This document shows positions 13,915 to 23,720 of a stretch of DNA of 64,000 bases, piece after piece. Position numbers and translations under genes: made by a program. Numbering within the stretch: the stretch's first letter is position 1; each line of letters begins with the position of its first letter. Below the pieces are notes generated by a model. The model saw nothing but the letters and a program-made list of their open reading frames with translations. It was not told the origin of the DNA and ran no database searches. This DNA comes from a virus, in the IMG/VR virus record IMGVR_UViG_3300028025_005797, positions 32,001 to 96,000 of that record. One strand, written 5' to 3'.

Positions 13915-14548
13915 TTATCTACTCATACCCCAAAGTTTTTGAGCAATTGGGTCACTATATGTTGCTGATCCCTCTACCTTAGAAGCATTGTGTCTAGCAG
14001 CTGATTGAGCTTCTTTTTCTCTTTCCTCCTGAGGATCGATTAAAGATAGAGTTACATTCGTAGATTCGATTCCAGCAATTGCCTGCTGAACTTCTATTAT
14101 CTTTTCTGCTAATGCAACTCTTTCTGCTAGCTTTGAATATGTCAATGAGTCTAAGAACTCTGGAGTATCTGTATGTATAGTAGCCAGAACAAAGGCTTTC
14201 ATTAAGCCTCTAACGTGATTAGCTATTACTCTTTTTTCCTCTAAAATTCGCTTAGCTGTGCGTGCTGATGCAAAGCCGGAAAATTCAACTATTTGCTCAG
14301 CTAGAGAGCTAATGGCTCCAGGTGGAAATTTGTTTAAATCAAAATCCTCAGGATAAACTACGGATGCTCTAATAATCTCATCTTCTGCGTCAGCAGAAGA
14401 TATACCTTCAGTACTCTTGTACGCTGCAACTTTATCAAACTCGGAGAAAGTTAATTCTTTAAATACTATTTCAGATCCGTTTTATTTCGGTCTGAAATAT
14501 TGAACCGTGTTTTTTCTTTAGCTCAAAAAGAATTCCTGCATCTAACAT
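13915..14548 (-). CDS. Tail assembly chaperone-like protein 2, about 210 aa, +1 CGG shift at codon 24
   Basis: ATG at 14548 (MLDAGILFELKKKHGSIFQTEIK) then AAA C GGA TCT GAA ATA GTA TTT continues without stops into ORF 13915..14202; resembles the upstream chaperone (KKxHG.IF, IVFKELTFSEF, SVVYP, PGAISSLAEQIVEFSGF). Confidence 0.75.
14476..14479 (-). other. +1 recoding site AAA CGG A
   Basis: CGG ATC TGA in the 0 frame; +1 frame restores the chaperone paralog. Confidence 0.85.
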
Positions 14549-14549
14549 C

Positions 14550-15089
14550 TTAGAGTTGTCTAACCTCTAGGGCAACGAATCCAGAAGCCTCTAGAACTTC
14601 TTGTGAGATAAGAGAAGGAAGACCAGCCATGTCGCCAGTAAGAGCCTGCTTGTCGTATGATGGGAATAGAATGCAGAGTTCTGAAATTGCTTCTTCGTTC
14701 CACATATTTGCTTCTGCATTAGATAGTTGACCAGCTTGCATTAGGGTTTCCATCTTCTTAACAAGCTGCTTGTATTCAATTCTGGAAAGAACGCGCCATA
14801 TAATATGCTTATCAAAAGAAATAGAAGTTACATACACTTCACCATACTGTTTCTTCCATGCTTTGATTTGTCCAGCTGTAGGACCATTATCGAAGATAAC
14901 CTGATCATCTGCTAATTCTTCAACCGTTGTGGCCTGTTCAACAGGGATTTGTTCATCTGAATAATCAGATACAATGATGTCACCATCTTGTGGTTCATCG
15001 GTTTCTAAAAAAATTTCGACTGATTCAGCAGATATTTCTTCTGCCATTTCTTTATCTTGTCTAACTACAACTTTTCTCTTCTCAGACAT
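14550..15089 (-). CDS. Tail assembly chaperone-like protein 1
   Basis: 179 aa; WKKQYGEVY, WRVLSRIEY, CILFP, AGLPSLISQEVLEASGF pattern; position between tube genes and tape measure. Confidence 0.65.
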   Translation of the reverse strand: MSEKRKVVVRQDKEMAEEISAESVEIFLETDEPQDGDIIVSDYSDEQIPVEQATTVEELADDQVIFDNGPTAGQIKAWKKQYGEVYVTSISFDKHIIWRVLSRIEYKQLVKKMETLMQAGQLSNAEANMWNEEAISELCILFPSYDKQALTGDMAGLPSLISQEVLEASGFVALEVRQL

Positions 15090-15143
15090 TGTTTCTCCTT
15101 ATATCGTTTCAAATTACATTATATCATATATGTATTAAATTTA

Positions 15144-16181
15144 TTATCTTGGCAGAGTACTATCAGTTCTGTTAACCAATGGACTCTCAACTACTGATTT
15201 TGTAGCGTTAGAAGCCTGTGGCTCTGTTGAAACAAAGGTTTTACCAGTATATGGATTAAAACCGGATTCTGCCTCTGTAAGATAAAAGTCTCTCGCCACA
15301 AAGCTATAGGTCTCTATTAAAGGAGATCCTCCGCTTTGATATTCCGTACTCATTTGCATTAAGTGTACGTTTTGTAAAACAATCTTCATTGGAGTTTTAG
15401 TGTCTGACATTTTAACTTTTCTCTCATTTATGTCAGTTGATATTATCCTGTCTAGATTGTCTCTCTGCTCCATTGAGGCCGTAGAAGCGTTCTCAGTGAC
15501 TCCTACGGGGCTTAAACTTGATTCCTCTACACCATAGACTATGACAAAGTTAAATGGAGGATGAGCGCTGAAAATATTATGTTGACCATCTGCAGAAGAT
15601 GTGCTTATTGCTGGATCAGTAGTTATTCTATCTAACTGACTATTGGCCCAATATTTCTGTATGTTTTCTTCATCTGTTCTTGATTCATTTTGTGACCTTA
15701 AAACAGATACGACTCCAGAGTTATCAGATTTGCCTGATGCAGAAAAGCTTCTAACTCTTGCTGCCTCTTCTAAAAGATGTGTCATTCTTCTTGGGTATCT
15801 TGAGTATAAAGAAAACTGACCAGTTATTATTCTGGACCCATTCATCATGGCATCAAAGTTATATGACCAGAATCCATAGACTGCTTGTTTTTCTTGTTTA
15901 ATTAAAAAACCAAATCCAGCTATATCTAGTTCATCCTTTGGATCAAATAAACCATCAATATAAACTTTTACGTCTTCGCCGGAGAAAAAGTAATCATAAT
16001 AATTACTAAAACGAGGATCCCCAGAAGTTTTACCACCAGCCCAATATAAATCTAATTCTGCACTAAGTGGATCGAATGTTCCATTCTTGTTTCCCAAACC
16101 AGGATTAGTTGATACGGTATCTTGATATGGAATATAACCACTAAATGGTCTATATGGAACAGCTCTATATGGACTTGTCAT
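15144..16181 (-). CDS. Tail-tube-like paralog (baseplate/tube initiator-type)
   Basis: 345 aa; shares FSGxD, GxRxIxG, PPFxxxxxY and ETYxFxAR motifs with the two neighbouring tube-like ORFs. Confidence 0.6.
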   Translation of the reverse strand: MTSPYRAVPYRPFSGYIPYQDTVSTNPGLGNKNGTFDPLSAELDLYWAGGKTSGDPRFSNYYDYFFSGEDVKVYIDGLFDPKDELDIAGFGFLIKQEKQAVYGFWSYNFDAMMNGSRIITGQFSLYSRYPRRMTHLLEEAARVRSFSASGKSDNSGVVSVLRSQNESRTDEENIQKYWANSQLDRITTDPAISTSSADGQHNIFSAHPPFNFVIVYGVEESSLSPVGVTENASTASMEQRDNLDRIISTDINERKVKMSDTKTPMKIVLQNVHLMQMSTEYQSGGSPLIETYSFVARDFYLTEAESGFNPYTGKTFVSTEPQASNATKSVVESPLVNRTDSTLPR

Positions 16182-16190
16182 ACTTAAACC

Positions 16191-16964
16191 TTAAACAATT
16201 GTAGGCGGTGAATATATTCTTTCAATAAAATTCTTATAATCTTCGACTCTATCTCCAAAAGCATTTGTTGATATTCTTAATCTTTCATTCTGCTGAGCTT
16301 GATATCCGTCAGGGTATCTAAGGTCATCACGAGCCGCATCCAATTGTACCAGAGGCTGCAGGCCTCTAGCCATATAAGTATAGGTTTGTTCGGTGATTAA
16401 GTCGTCTATTGACATAGTACCACCCTCGTCTACAAGGGTAACACCAAATATTTTCATTTTTGCTGCTAAACCATATTCGTTAAAGAATGTAAATACAATG
16501 TCAAATGGTGGCAGCATGTCCGCCAAAGGAGCAAAATAGCCTTTGCTGTCAGAAAGAATTTTTCTATAACTTTCTATTCTATAGAATGCGTACTCATTAA
16601 ACTGAGTAAATATCATGCTTCCAGCTATGGTTCTAGCGCCTTTAACAAACCCTCTTGGATTAACATGACCGAGTGTTCTTACCGGAGAGTTTTCTCTGTG
16701 CATTGAATAAGATATTGTTTGAAGTTCCGCCATTTCCAGCACGTCGCCTTCATTGGAAATAAATCCATTTTCTCCAATTTTAGGAATAATGATTGTGGCT
16801 GTTATGTCTGCACCAGAAAATGACATATCAGAAAATGGATCTGGAAGATTATTATTTTTTCTAAATTCTTTTACACCCTCTTCGTAGGTGGAGAGTCTAT
16901 TTTTTCTTGATGATATAGTCGTAAGATTTGCTATATCTGATACATCTTTTTGGTTAAATGCCAT
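16191..16964 (-). CDS. Tail-tube-like paralog
   Basis: 257 aa; FSGADI, PRGFVKGARTIAGSMIFT, LPPFDI, FNEYG, SIDDLITEQTYTYMAR align with 17052..17741. Confidence 0.7.
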   Translation of the reverse strand: MAFNQKDVSDIANLTTISSRKNRLSTYEEGVKEFRKNNNLPDPFSDMSFSGADITATIIIPKIGENGFISNEGDVLEMAELQTISYSMHRENSPVRTLGHVNPRGFVKGARTIAGSMIFTQFNEYAFYRIESYRKILSDSKGYFAPLADMLPPFDIVFTFFNEYGLAAKMKIFGVTLVDEGGTMSIDDLITEQTYTYMARGLQPLVQLDAARDDLRYPDGYQAQQNERLRISTNAFGDRVEDYKNFIERIYSPPTIV

Positions 16965-16974
16965 GTTATTCCTT

Positions 16975-17023
16975 AAAAATAAAATAGTGGAGGATTGGTC
17001 CTACACCAAGTCCTCCACTATTT
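16975..17023 (-). terminator. Rho-independent terminator/attenuator after the tail tube gene
   Basis: Inverted repeat AAATAGTGGAGGA...TCCTCCACTATTT followed on the minus strand by a T-rich run. Confidence 0.7.
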
Positions 17024-17051
17024 AGTAACTACTATACTTATTTGATAATAA

Positions 17052-17741
17052 TTATGGTCTAATTATCTCGCTGTTTAATCCACTTGAAGATACTGCTTCT
17101 TTGCTAATCAAAGAACCTAAGTCTTCTGAGTTGAATCTGTTAAGATTATCCGTTGTAATCTTATACATTGGACCAATTTCACGAGCAACGTATGTCATTG
17201 TTTCTTCGATAACAATGTCATCCATCGAAGCTCCTGAACCTTCGTTTAACAGTTCAACACCATAGATTGATCTAACTGCAGCTTGACCATATTCGTTAAC
17301 AAATGTGATTGTAATATCGAATGGTGGGATTTGGTCTGCGTAGTATGGTGTCTTGCTAACTACGTCTCTTGTTTGATTTGTTACTTCAGCAATACCTCTC
17401 TTGTGGCTTGGATCGCCAGGAAGTGTATTATGAGCTCTTGTGAAAAACTTCATTTCCGAAGAAGAGTTGTGATGTGTTTCAAGCATCTGGTACAGAGCTG
17501 GGCGGTCAAATACTGTAAATATCAACGAACCAGCAATACCTCTTTTACCTCTTGAAAATGAACGTGGGTTTGGTGAACCCATTGTGTAAATTGGCGCCTT
17601 TTCTCTTGTCACTGAGAAAGTGATTCCCGAAAGAGCTCCGATTTCAACGCCACCAAAAGTGGCAACAATATCAGCACCAGAAAATGTTGTATAAGTATTG
17701 AGATACTTGTTTACTGGACTGTCGTAGTATTCGCCTGCCAT
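17052..17741 (-). CDS. Major tail tube protein
   Basis: 229 aa directly downstream of the sheath; strong RBS AGGAGG; followed by a terminator as expected for a high-copy protein. Confidence 0.75.
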   Translation of the reverse strand: MAGEYYDSPVNKYLNTYTTFSGADIVATFGGVEIGALSGITFSVTREKAPIYTMGSPNPRSFSRGKRGIAGSLIFTVFDRPALYQMLETHHNSSSEMKFFTRAHNTLPGDPSHKRGIAEVTNQTRDVVSKTPYYADQIPPFDITITFVNEYGQAAVRSIYGVELLNEGSGASMDDIVIEETMTYVAREIGPMYKITTDNLNRFNSEDLGSLISKEAVSSSGLNSEIIRP

Positions 17742-17788
17742 ATTACCCTCCTAATCGGTATATAAATTTGCAGTGTTTTTATATAATA

Positions 17789-19054
17789 TTAACCGAGCTC
17801 AACTGACATTTGGACTTCGATATTTCTAAGTTCAAATGCAGGTGTTATAACCAAGTCAATAAGTGCTTTGTTTTCTTCAGCGATGTATCTGATGTTGAAA
17901 TCGCTATCTAAGATGGCGCCCAACTGCTGCATTCCTCTGAGGGATGAAGTAATTGAGGTTTCCATTGAGTTTCTAACTTGAATAGTCGAAGGCTGACCGA
18001 TAAACTTCTGACAGCTTTGACGGACAACCAACATTGCCTCGTTAACAATTCTGAGTGTTGTTAATCTTGTGTAGTCTGAACTGGAACCAGCAAAAGTTAC
18101 ACCATCTGTAAAGATTGGTGCTCTATTGAAGTTCAACATAATCGAGTTTACACCCTTATTAGTCATTGCTAACAAGGTTGTTTTGCTAGGATTATATCTT
18201 AGTGCAGCAACGTTATAAACTGTCTTGTTTATAGTTGAAGTATATGAAGCCATTCTGCTGACTGCAGCAGCTAATACTGCTGAACCATTTGAGTAACCCC
18301 ATGAAGCTGGATAGTTTGCAGGCTTTAACTCTGAACCAATTACAGCAACGTGTCTTCCAAGCTCTTTAGCAGCAACTCCATTGAATGTTGTTGCTGAATC
18401 TCTATCTGAAAGAGTTGCCAAGGCAAGGTGTGTTGATACTTGTCCAGGAGTCATTACGTCGTTAGCACCAACGTATGGCTTTGTTCCCAAAATAGCAAAA
18501 CATGGGTGACTGTTCTCGTTGATTTCCTTAACTTTATCAGCAATTTTTACTGCCCAGTTGTTTCCAATTGTTACTGAGTTGTCTGCATGGAAACCATAAA
18601 TTGTATCAGCCGATGCGGAGAAAGACTCAGAAGGAGTTGCGTCCCAGAGTCCTGCTCTTGCACCACTTCCCCAAGGAAGAATGATATCTGGTTGAGCGGC
18701 TTCTGCTGCAATGAACATTGCATCTAAAACGCTGCCACCAAAATTGCTACTTGTCACAGTAGCTGAGCTATGATTCCAAGTGGTATCACTTGGCAGTGGG
18801 ACCATGTAGATTCTTTCTGCGCCTGCAGAAACAAGCTCAAAAAAAGCTCTGTGACAGCCTGAGCCGTTACCAAAAGCAGTTATCACATCTTGTTCATTTG
18901 TGCACAGGACTACGTCAAGGTCTGCAACGTTGCCTGCTCCGTCTGCTGTTGTTCTTTTTGCTATTACTACAACCCTAGGTCCGACTGGACTATCCTGACG
19001 GGAGATGCTGTAGAAGCGGTCTTTAATTATTGTTTTTACACCTGGTAGAGCCAT
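17789..19054 (-). CDS. Tail sheath protein
   Basis: 421 aa; N-terminal LPGV, C-terminal sheath pattern DGVT...RLTTLRIVN...FIGQP...ITPAFELRNIEV; RBS GGAGG. Confidence 0.85.
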   Translation of the reverse strand: MALPGVKTIIKDRFYSISRQDSPVGPRVVVIAKRTTADGAGNVADLDVVLCTNEQDVITAFGNGSGCHRAFFELVSAGAERIYMVPLPSDTTWNHSSATVTSSNFGGSVLDAMFIAAEAAQPDIILPWGSGARAGLWDATPSESFSASADTIYGFHADNSVTIGNNWAVKIADKVKEINENSHPCFAILGTKPYVGANDVMTPGQVSTHLALATLSDRDSATTFNGVAAKELGRHVAVIGSELKPANYPASWGYSNGSAVLAAAVSRMASYTSTINKTVYNVAALRYNPSKTTLLAMTNKGVNSIMLNFNRAPIFTDGVTFAGSSSDYTRLTTLRIVNEAMLVVRQSCQKFIGQPSTIQVRNSMETSITSSLRGMQQLGAILDSDFNIRYIAEENKALIDLVITPAFELRNIEVQMSVELG

Positions 19055-19103
19055 GTTATTTTTAACCTCCGAGTCACGGATTTATTGGATTAACTCGAAA
19101 GAT

Positions 19104-19109
19104 ATAGTA
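19104..19109 (-). promoter_or_regulatory. TACTAT -10-like late promoter motif upstream of the sheath gene
   Basis: TTACTATA on the minus strand; the same motif recurs in the short intergenic gaps before other structural units. Confidence 0.55.
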
Positions 19110-19156
19110 ATGGGGTACCCGTCAAAACTAACTAGATTTACATATTAGAGTAGATA

Positions 19157-19966
19157 TTATAAGTTTGGAGTAGCGCTTTGAAATAAGTCTACGATACCTA
19201 GACTCATGTCTGGGTTATAAATCGATGCTGGAGTAGCAGCTTGCTCTATTAGGTCTTTTTCATAAGAAACCCATTGACGTATGTCGGCCACAATTGATTC
19301 AATCTTATCAACTGCTGATACATGTATTTTTTCAGTTGTTAATAAATATGTGACCGTTCTTTTAACTACGTCAGTTTGGTCCATATTTGTTTCGGTATCT
19401 GAAACCCTTCTAGCATATACAAGTTCTGAAGCTCCCAATCTTTTAAAAACTGGAGTATATTCCAACATAAAATCTTCAAATATTTCCATAATTCTATCGG
19501 CAACTTCCGCACCGGCATATCGCAGTTGATCACCTGAAAGCTGACCAGCGTTAGCTTCTACCATAACAGTAAAAGAAACAACATTCTGAAAACGCTGACC
19601 TTCTATAAAATAATATTTACCATCTTCGCCCAAAGCCTTATCCCTGTATCGCATTTTGGGTTCTTGATTATGAGCTCTCTTCAATTCAAGACCATAGGCT
19701 ACACAAGGGTAGGATGCAAACTTACCTCCAAATGTTGCAACAATTGGAATATCTGGATATGAGTTTTCCCAAAGCATTTTGACAACTTCGATGAATCCAA
19801 GATAAGTTAAATTTCCTTCGGCTTTTAATCTCCTTGAATCAGTATCATTATAATACTTGGGATCTTGCTCTCGAAGCCTATCTCTACTTTCTGTATATTG
19901 CTCCCACTTATTGCCTGGTGCTTGGTCAGCGTCAAATCTGCCTGGAAATGGAAATGAAGACTGCAT
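19157..19966 (-). CDS. Putative tail completion/terminator protein
   Basis: 269 aa; position immediately upstream of the sheath. Confidence 0.45.
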   Translation of the reverse strand: MQSSFPFPGRFDADQAPGNKWEQYTESRDRLREQDPKYYNDTDSRRLKAEGNLTYLGFIEVVKMLWENSYPDIPIVATFGGKFASYPCVAYGLELKRAHNQEPKMRYRDKALGEDGKYYFIEGQRFQNVVSFTVMVEANAGQLSGDQLRYAGAEVADRIMEIFEDFMLEYTPVFKRLGASELVYARRVSDTETNMDQTDVVKRTVTYLLTTEKIHVSAVDKIESIVADIRQWVSYEKDLIEQAATPASIYNPDMSLGIVDLFQSATPNL

Positions 19967-19967
19967 G

Positions 19968-22052
19968 TTATGCTCCTGGTCCTGTCATTATAGAAAAATT
20001 AATATTTTTTAAACCAAGAGAAGAAACTAAATTTATTTCAAAAATTAAAGTTCCTCTTTCTGTTTTAGATCCATATGATTGGAGTTTATAATCTTTGATA
20101 GCCCTTGTTGAAACTAACATATCGAGCATTGATTTAACTTGGGAGATTACTTTATCTTCAGCGTTCTTGCCTATACCATCATTTGCTATAGCTTTTATTT
20201 CAGTTATAACCATAGCTACCAATCTCATTTGTGGAGCTTTTGTAAAGGAGCTGTTTTTATTGGCTAACGTATAATCGTTAGATATGTTTACTTCGTATGG
20301 ATTACCTCTTAGTGCTTTGCGCGTTCTATATACAGTGTTTATACCAAGGTTATCCAACCTTGCTAATGAATCTGCAGACAAACTAGAACCATAAACAGAA
20401 TAAGCTCCTGGTATTCTTTTTCTAATCATTCCATTATAAACTGGAGTTGATGACATCATTCCAGCAAATGCTGCAGCTGCTGAACTTGTATATGATTTTG
20501 CAAAACCTATATGATTGAAAGTTAGTTCTCCATATACAGGAATAACATATCGACCTATATCAGTTTCTACTTCTCCACTTATTGAGTAAGTGGTAAATTT
20601 ATTTACAAGTCTAATATTTTCTTCTAGAAGTTGAACATCGCTATCTTTTGTTCCATTATTTTTAGAACCAATGATTCCCATTTGAACATATCCAGTAGCT
20701 TCGTTAAATGAGTAGCAATGAAGAGCTAGTTGAGCTATGAAGTCAACAGACCCAGTATTTATCATCGAAGTTTCGAGTGGCACTATTATGTCAATGAAGT
20801 CAAGCCCTTTTGCTATATCGTAACTTACTGCTAGTCTTTCATAATATTTTTCATAAAAGTTTACATTAGAATTTGTTTCCGCAGAAAAGAATATTGGCAT
20901 GTCGGTAAGTCTCTGAGAAATATCTTCGATGTATTCTGACATTGGCGCAGAAGCCATCATAAATATAGACTTTGCTCCGCAGCTAAACGCATCGTGGATT
21001 CCTCTTAGAAGGGGAGAAGAAGTATTCGCACCCAATAGATTAGTAGCTTCTTGAATTGAATTAATTTTTATAATTTGATTTAGTTCAATTCCATCGCTAT
21101 GACCTATGAATAATATTGAATTGGTATTATAGTATTCTTCCAGTGAATCAAAAATTGGCCTCTTTGAAATACTCGCACCAGTTGTTGGTCCAGTTAAATC
21201 TTTAGAAATTCCAGTTGTATTGATAACGGAATATTTTCCTATTGTAAGTTGTTCTGCATTAGATAAAGTAATATTTGTTTTAATAGAAAATTTATTATTT
21301 GCTGGTACTGAAGAGATAAAATGATTTCCGTTAAAGGCTGCACTTATTTCTGATATTGAAATTTGATCACCAGATGAAAGATTGTGATCAATGTCAGTTG
21401 ATAGAGTTATCACTCCATTCTCTATTTTTTTATATACTATATTTCCGACTCTACCAATTTGACTTCTAGAGACTTCAAAGTTATGTTCAATTACTTGAGT
21501 TCTATCATTGTATGCGCATTGAATCGAGACAGTATAAGTTCCACCAAAAAGTGTATCTGGAATTTTATAATAAAAACCGTACTCAGAGTCTGATGGTCTA
21601 TTGTAATAAGAATTTGTTTTAAGAGCTAATCTTGCATATACTTTTGCAGCGTTATAGCTTGATAAACTTGGTAAAGTAGTAGCAGCCGTTCTTGCTATTA
21701 CTGATTTTGTAGTTGGTGCAGATGTAATTATATATTCCGTGTTATAGCCACCGCCAACACCATAGATTATTACAGTATCTCCGGCAACTAACTGATGGTC
21801 TACATCAAATGTAAATGTTGCCGAAATGTGACCACTCACTATTGAAGTTGGTGGTGTTATCGATATGATTCGATAACTTGTATTGATCAATGAAGTAGAT
21901 GAATGAATTATTTCTCCAGTGCCACCATTACCTCTTGATACAGTTGCATATATATCTACTGGAATAGTCTGGTCTAAAGGATCGTAAAATTCACCATTCA
22001 CTAAGAATGCAAATCTAAACTTTACTAACTGACCGTTGTGTACTCTTAACAT
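19968..22052 (-). CDS. Second sheath-domain protein with N-terminal beta-rich domains
   Basis: 694 aa; C-terminal half parallels the sheath (GAKSIFM vs GAERIYM; SAAAAFAG; LGINTV; TLA...RLV). Confidence 0.6.
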   Translation of the reverse strand: MLRVHNGQLVKFRFAFLVNGEFYDPLDQTIPVDIYATVSRGNGGTGEIIHSSTSLINTSYRIISITPPTSIVSGHISATFTFDVDHQLVAGDTVIIYGVGGGYNTEYIITSAPTTKSVIARTAATTLPSLSSYNAAKVYARLALKTNSYYNRPSDSEYGFYYKIPDTLFGGTYTVSIQCAYNDRTQVIEHNFEVSRSQIGRVGNIVYKKIENGVITLSTDIDHNLSSGDQISISEISAAFNGNHFISSVPANNKFSIKTNITLSNAEQLTIGKYSVINTTGISKDLTGPTTGASISKRPIFDSLEEYYNTNSILFIGHSDGIELNQIIKINSIQEATNLLGANTSSPLLRGIHDAFSCGAKSIFMMASAPMSEYIEDISQRLTDMPIFFSAETNSNVNFYEKYYERLAVSYDIAKGLDFIDIIVPLETSMINTGSVDFIAQLALHCYSFNEATGYVQMGIIGSKNNGTKDSDVQLLEENIRLVNKFTTYSISGEVETDIGRYVIPVYGELTFNHIGFAKSYTSSAAAAFAGMMSSTPVYNGMIRKRIPGAYSVYGSSLSADSLARLDNLGINTVYRTRKALRGNPYEVNISNDYTLANKNSSFTKAPQMRLVAMVITEIKAIANDGIGKNAEDKVISQVKSMLDMLVSTRAIKDYKLQSYGSKTERGTLIFEINLVSSLGLKNINFSIMTGPGA

Positions 22053-22425
22053 TTAATTTTTACTTTCTCTAGTCGCACCTGCAACCCAGTAAACTATCTT
22101 TCCACCCCTACCTCTTACCGGAGCAGAAAAATCTACTAAAAAAATTTGCTGACCACTTGGATAGTCTTCATATATTCTATCACCAGATTTAATATTTGCT
22201 GTATCTTGAAAATAATATATTACCTCAGAACTAACTGTTAATCCTTGTGTGTTTTCTTCTAGTATATTAGCAAATCCGTTGAGCCCCAGGATACACAGCT
22301 CTTACAGTATACCTTTGCATCTTTTGGCTATAAATCATAGTCTTCTGATCTAGCACTTTTTGAACCAATACATTGTGACCCCAACTACGCAGTATGTTAC
22401 TCAGTGTGCGTTTTGGATCAATCAT
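22053..22425 (-). CDS. Putative head-closure/neck protein, about 123 aa, absent from the ORF track; +1 CGG shift at codon 50
   Basis: ATG 22425 MIDPKRTLSNILRSWGHNVLVQ...YPGAQ, then CAA C GGA TTT (22275-22278) ...IYYFQDTANIKSGDRIYE...PVRGRGGKIVYWVAGATRESKN*; fills the gap exactly and its stop abuts the next ATG. Confidence 0.8.
22275..22278 (-). other. +1 recoding site CAA CGG A
   Basis: CGG ATT TGC TAA in the 0 frame; +1 frame completes the neck gene. Confidence 0.85.
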
Positions 22426-23308
22426 ACTTCCTTATTCCTCTTTCTGGAATTGGATTTTCATCTGGGGATTGAATATGCGTTGGTCCATACAGATCTCTTG
22501 GAGTATAATAAACTGACAATCCAGTATATGGATCCATCGTTCTTCCAGCTCCAATTGTTGGAAGTGTTGGCAAACCCTTTGGTTGAACTGCCTTCATTCC
22601 AACTTTTGATGTTAGCATTTCTTTTCTGAGCATAGCCGCAATCTGACACCAGGTGGTGGCATTTGCTCTACTTAGAGTATTTCTAGGTAGGTTTTTATTA
22701 GTTATGGAAAGATCGCCAAGTCTTACAGAAAGCTCATCATCTCCTCCATTTCCATAAACTCTTGTCAACTCACAACAAGTAGCTGCTCTTATGTATTCAA
22801 ATGCCGTGAAAGGGATATTTGTTCCATCTTCAGTCTCTAATAATTTAAATATATTTTTTATCTCTATAGAATAATTATGTATGAACTCACCTATTTCCAG
22901 AAGGGAAGCATCAGGGAAATAAGGCAGTAGCTGCTCCGGATCAAGATATAATGGCTCTATATCGGCTGCAAAGGCTATTATTTCATCTTCTCTCAGAAAT
23001 ACAGTTGGTCTATAATCTTCGGTTGGCGTACTTACGTATATTTGCTGATTAACGCTAATCGTAGTATCATTTTCTAAAATTCCGATAAATGAAACTTTGT
23101 ATGTACCGGCTAATGCAGGTGTATAATCATAGTAATATTCTGAACCACTCAAAGAAGTTGGCGTAGCTGATATTATTATCGCATTTCCTGAGTCTGTTAT
23201 ACTCATGGAAACCGATACAGGATCAACCTCTACTTGATTACCGCTAATATCTACGTCAATAAATTTAACCTTTAGACGTACAGTATCATTGACTAGTATA
23301 TTTGCCAT
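22418..23308 (-). CDS. Putative head-tail adaptor with N-terminal Ig-like domain
   Basis: 296 aa; N-terminal beta-sandwich pattern (YYYDYTP..AGTY.V), C-terminal SVRLGDLSI typical of connector proteins; position in the neck cluster. Confidence 0.5.
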   Translation of the reverse strand: MANILVNDTVRLKVKFIDVDISGNQVEVDPVSVSMSITDSGNAIIISATPTSLSGSEYYYDYTPALAGTYKVSFIGILENDTTISVNQQIYVSTPTEDYRPTVFLREDEIIAFAADIEPLYLDPEQLLPYFPDASLLEIGEFIHNYSIEIKNIFKLLETEDGTNIPFTAFEYIRAATCCELTRVYGNGGDDELSVRLGDLSITNKNLPRNTLSRANATTWCQIAAMLRKEMLTSKVGMKAVQPKGLPTLPTIGAGRTMDPYTGLSVYYTPRDLYGPTHIQSPDENPIPERGIRKYD

Positions 23309-23367
23309 TTTTCCTTCTTTAAAGAGTAGATACTTATATAGTAGTACTTTAAATTCTCTTGGTGAGC

Positions 23368-23664
23368 TTATTCACCCTGATGCTCAACACTGACAAGCGT
23401 TCCAGAGTGTATAGTTATTCCCTTTGCCTGAATAAGCGCAGCGCCTTCTCTTCCTAGAGTTTCTATTGTAATTATTCCAGTTGGATCTAAATCTATGCTT
23501 ATAACACCTATTGCGGTAGCTACTGAATAGTCTTCATTTCCACCAAAGTTAATCTTAATATTATTCAAAATAACAGGATTAGATATACCATCTATTATCA
23601 GTATAATAGTTCCATTATAGTCAATACCAGATTGATTATAGTTAATGGTATCGTTATACAACAT
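23368..23664 (-). CDS. Hypothetical protein
   Basis: 98 aa ORF with RBS AAGGA and upstream TACTAT motif. Confidence 0.6.
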   Translation of the reverse strand: MLYNDTINYNQSGIDYNGTIILIIDGISNPVILNNIKINFGGNEDYSVATAIGVISIDLDPTGIITIETLGREGAALIQAKGITIHSGTLVSVEHQGE

Positions 23665-23720
23665 GAGAATCCTTTTAAGTTATTTTAACCATATAGTAAC
23701 AGTATAAAGTTAAATTATTA

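Noticed and set aside
14548-14600. Classic -1 slippery frameshift joining the two tail chaperones
   Set aside because: No XXXYYYZ heptamer near the end of 14550..15089; the second gene has its own ATG and is a full paralog.
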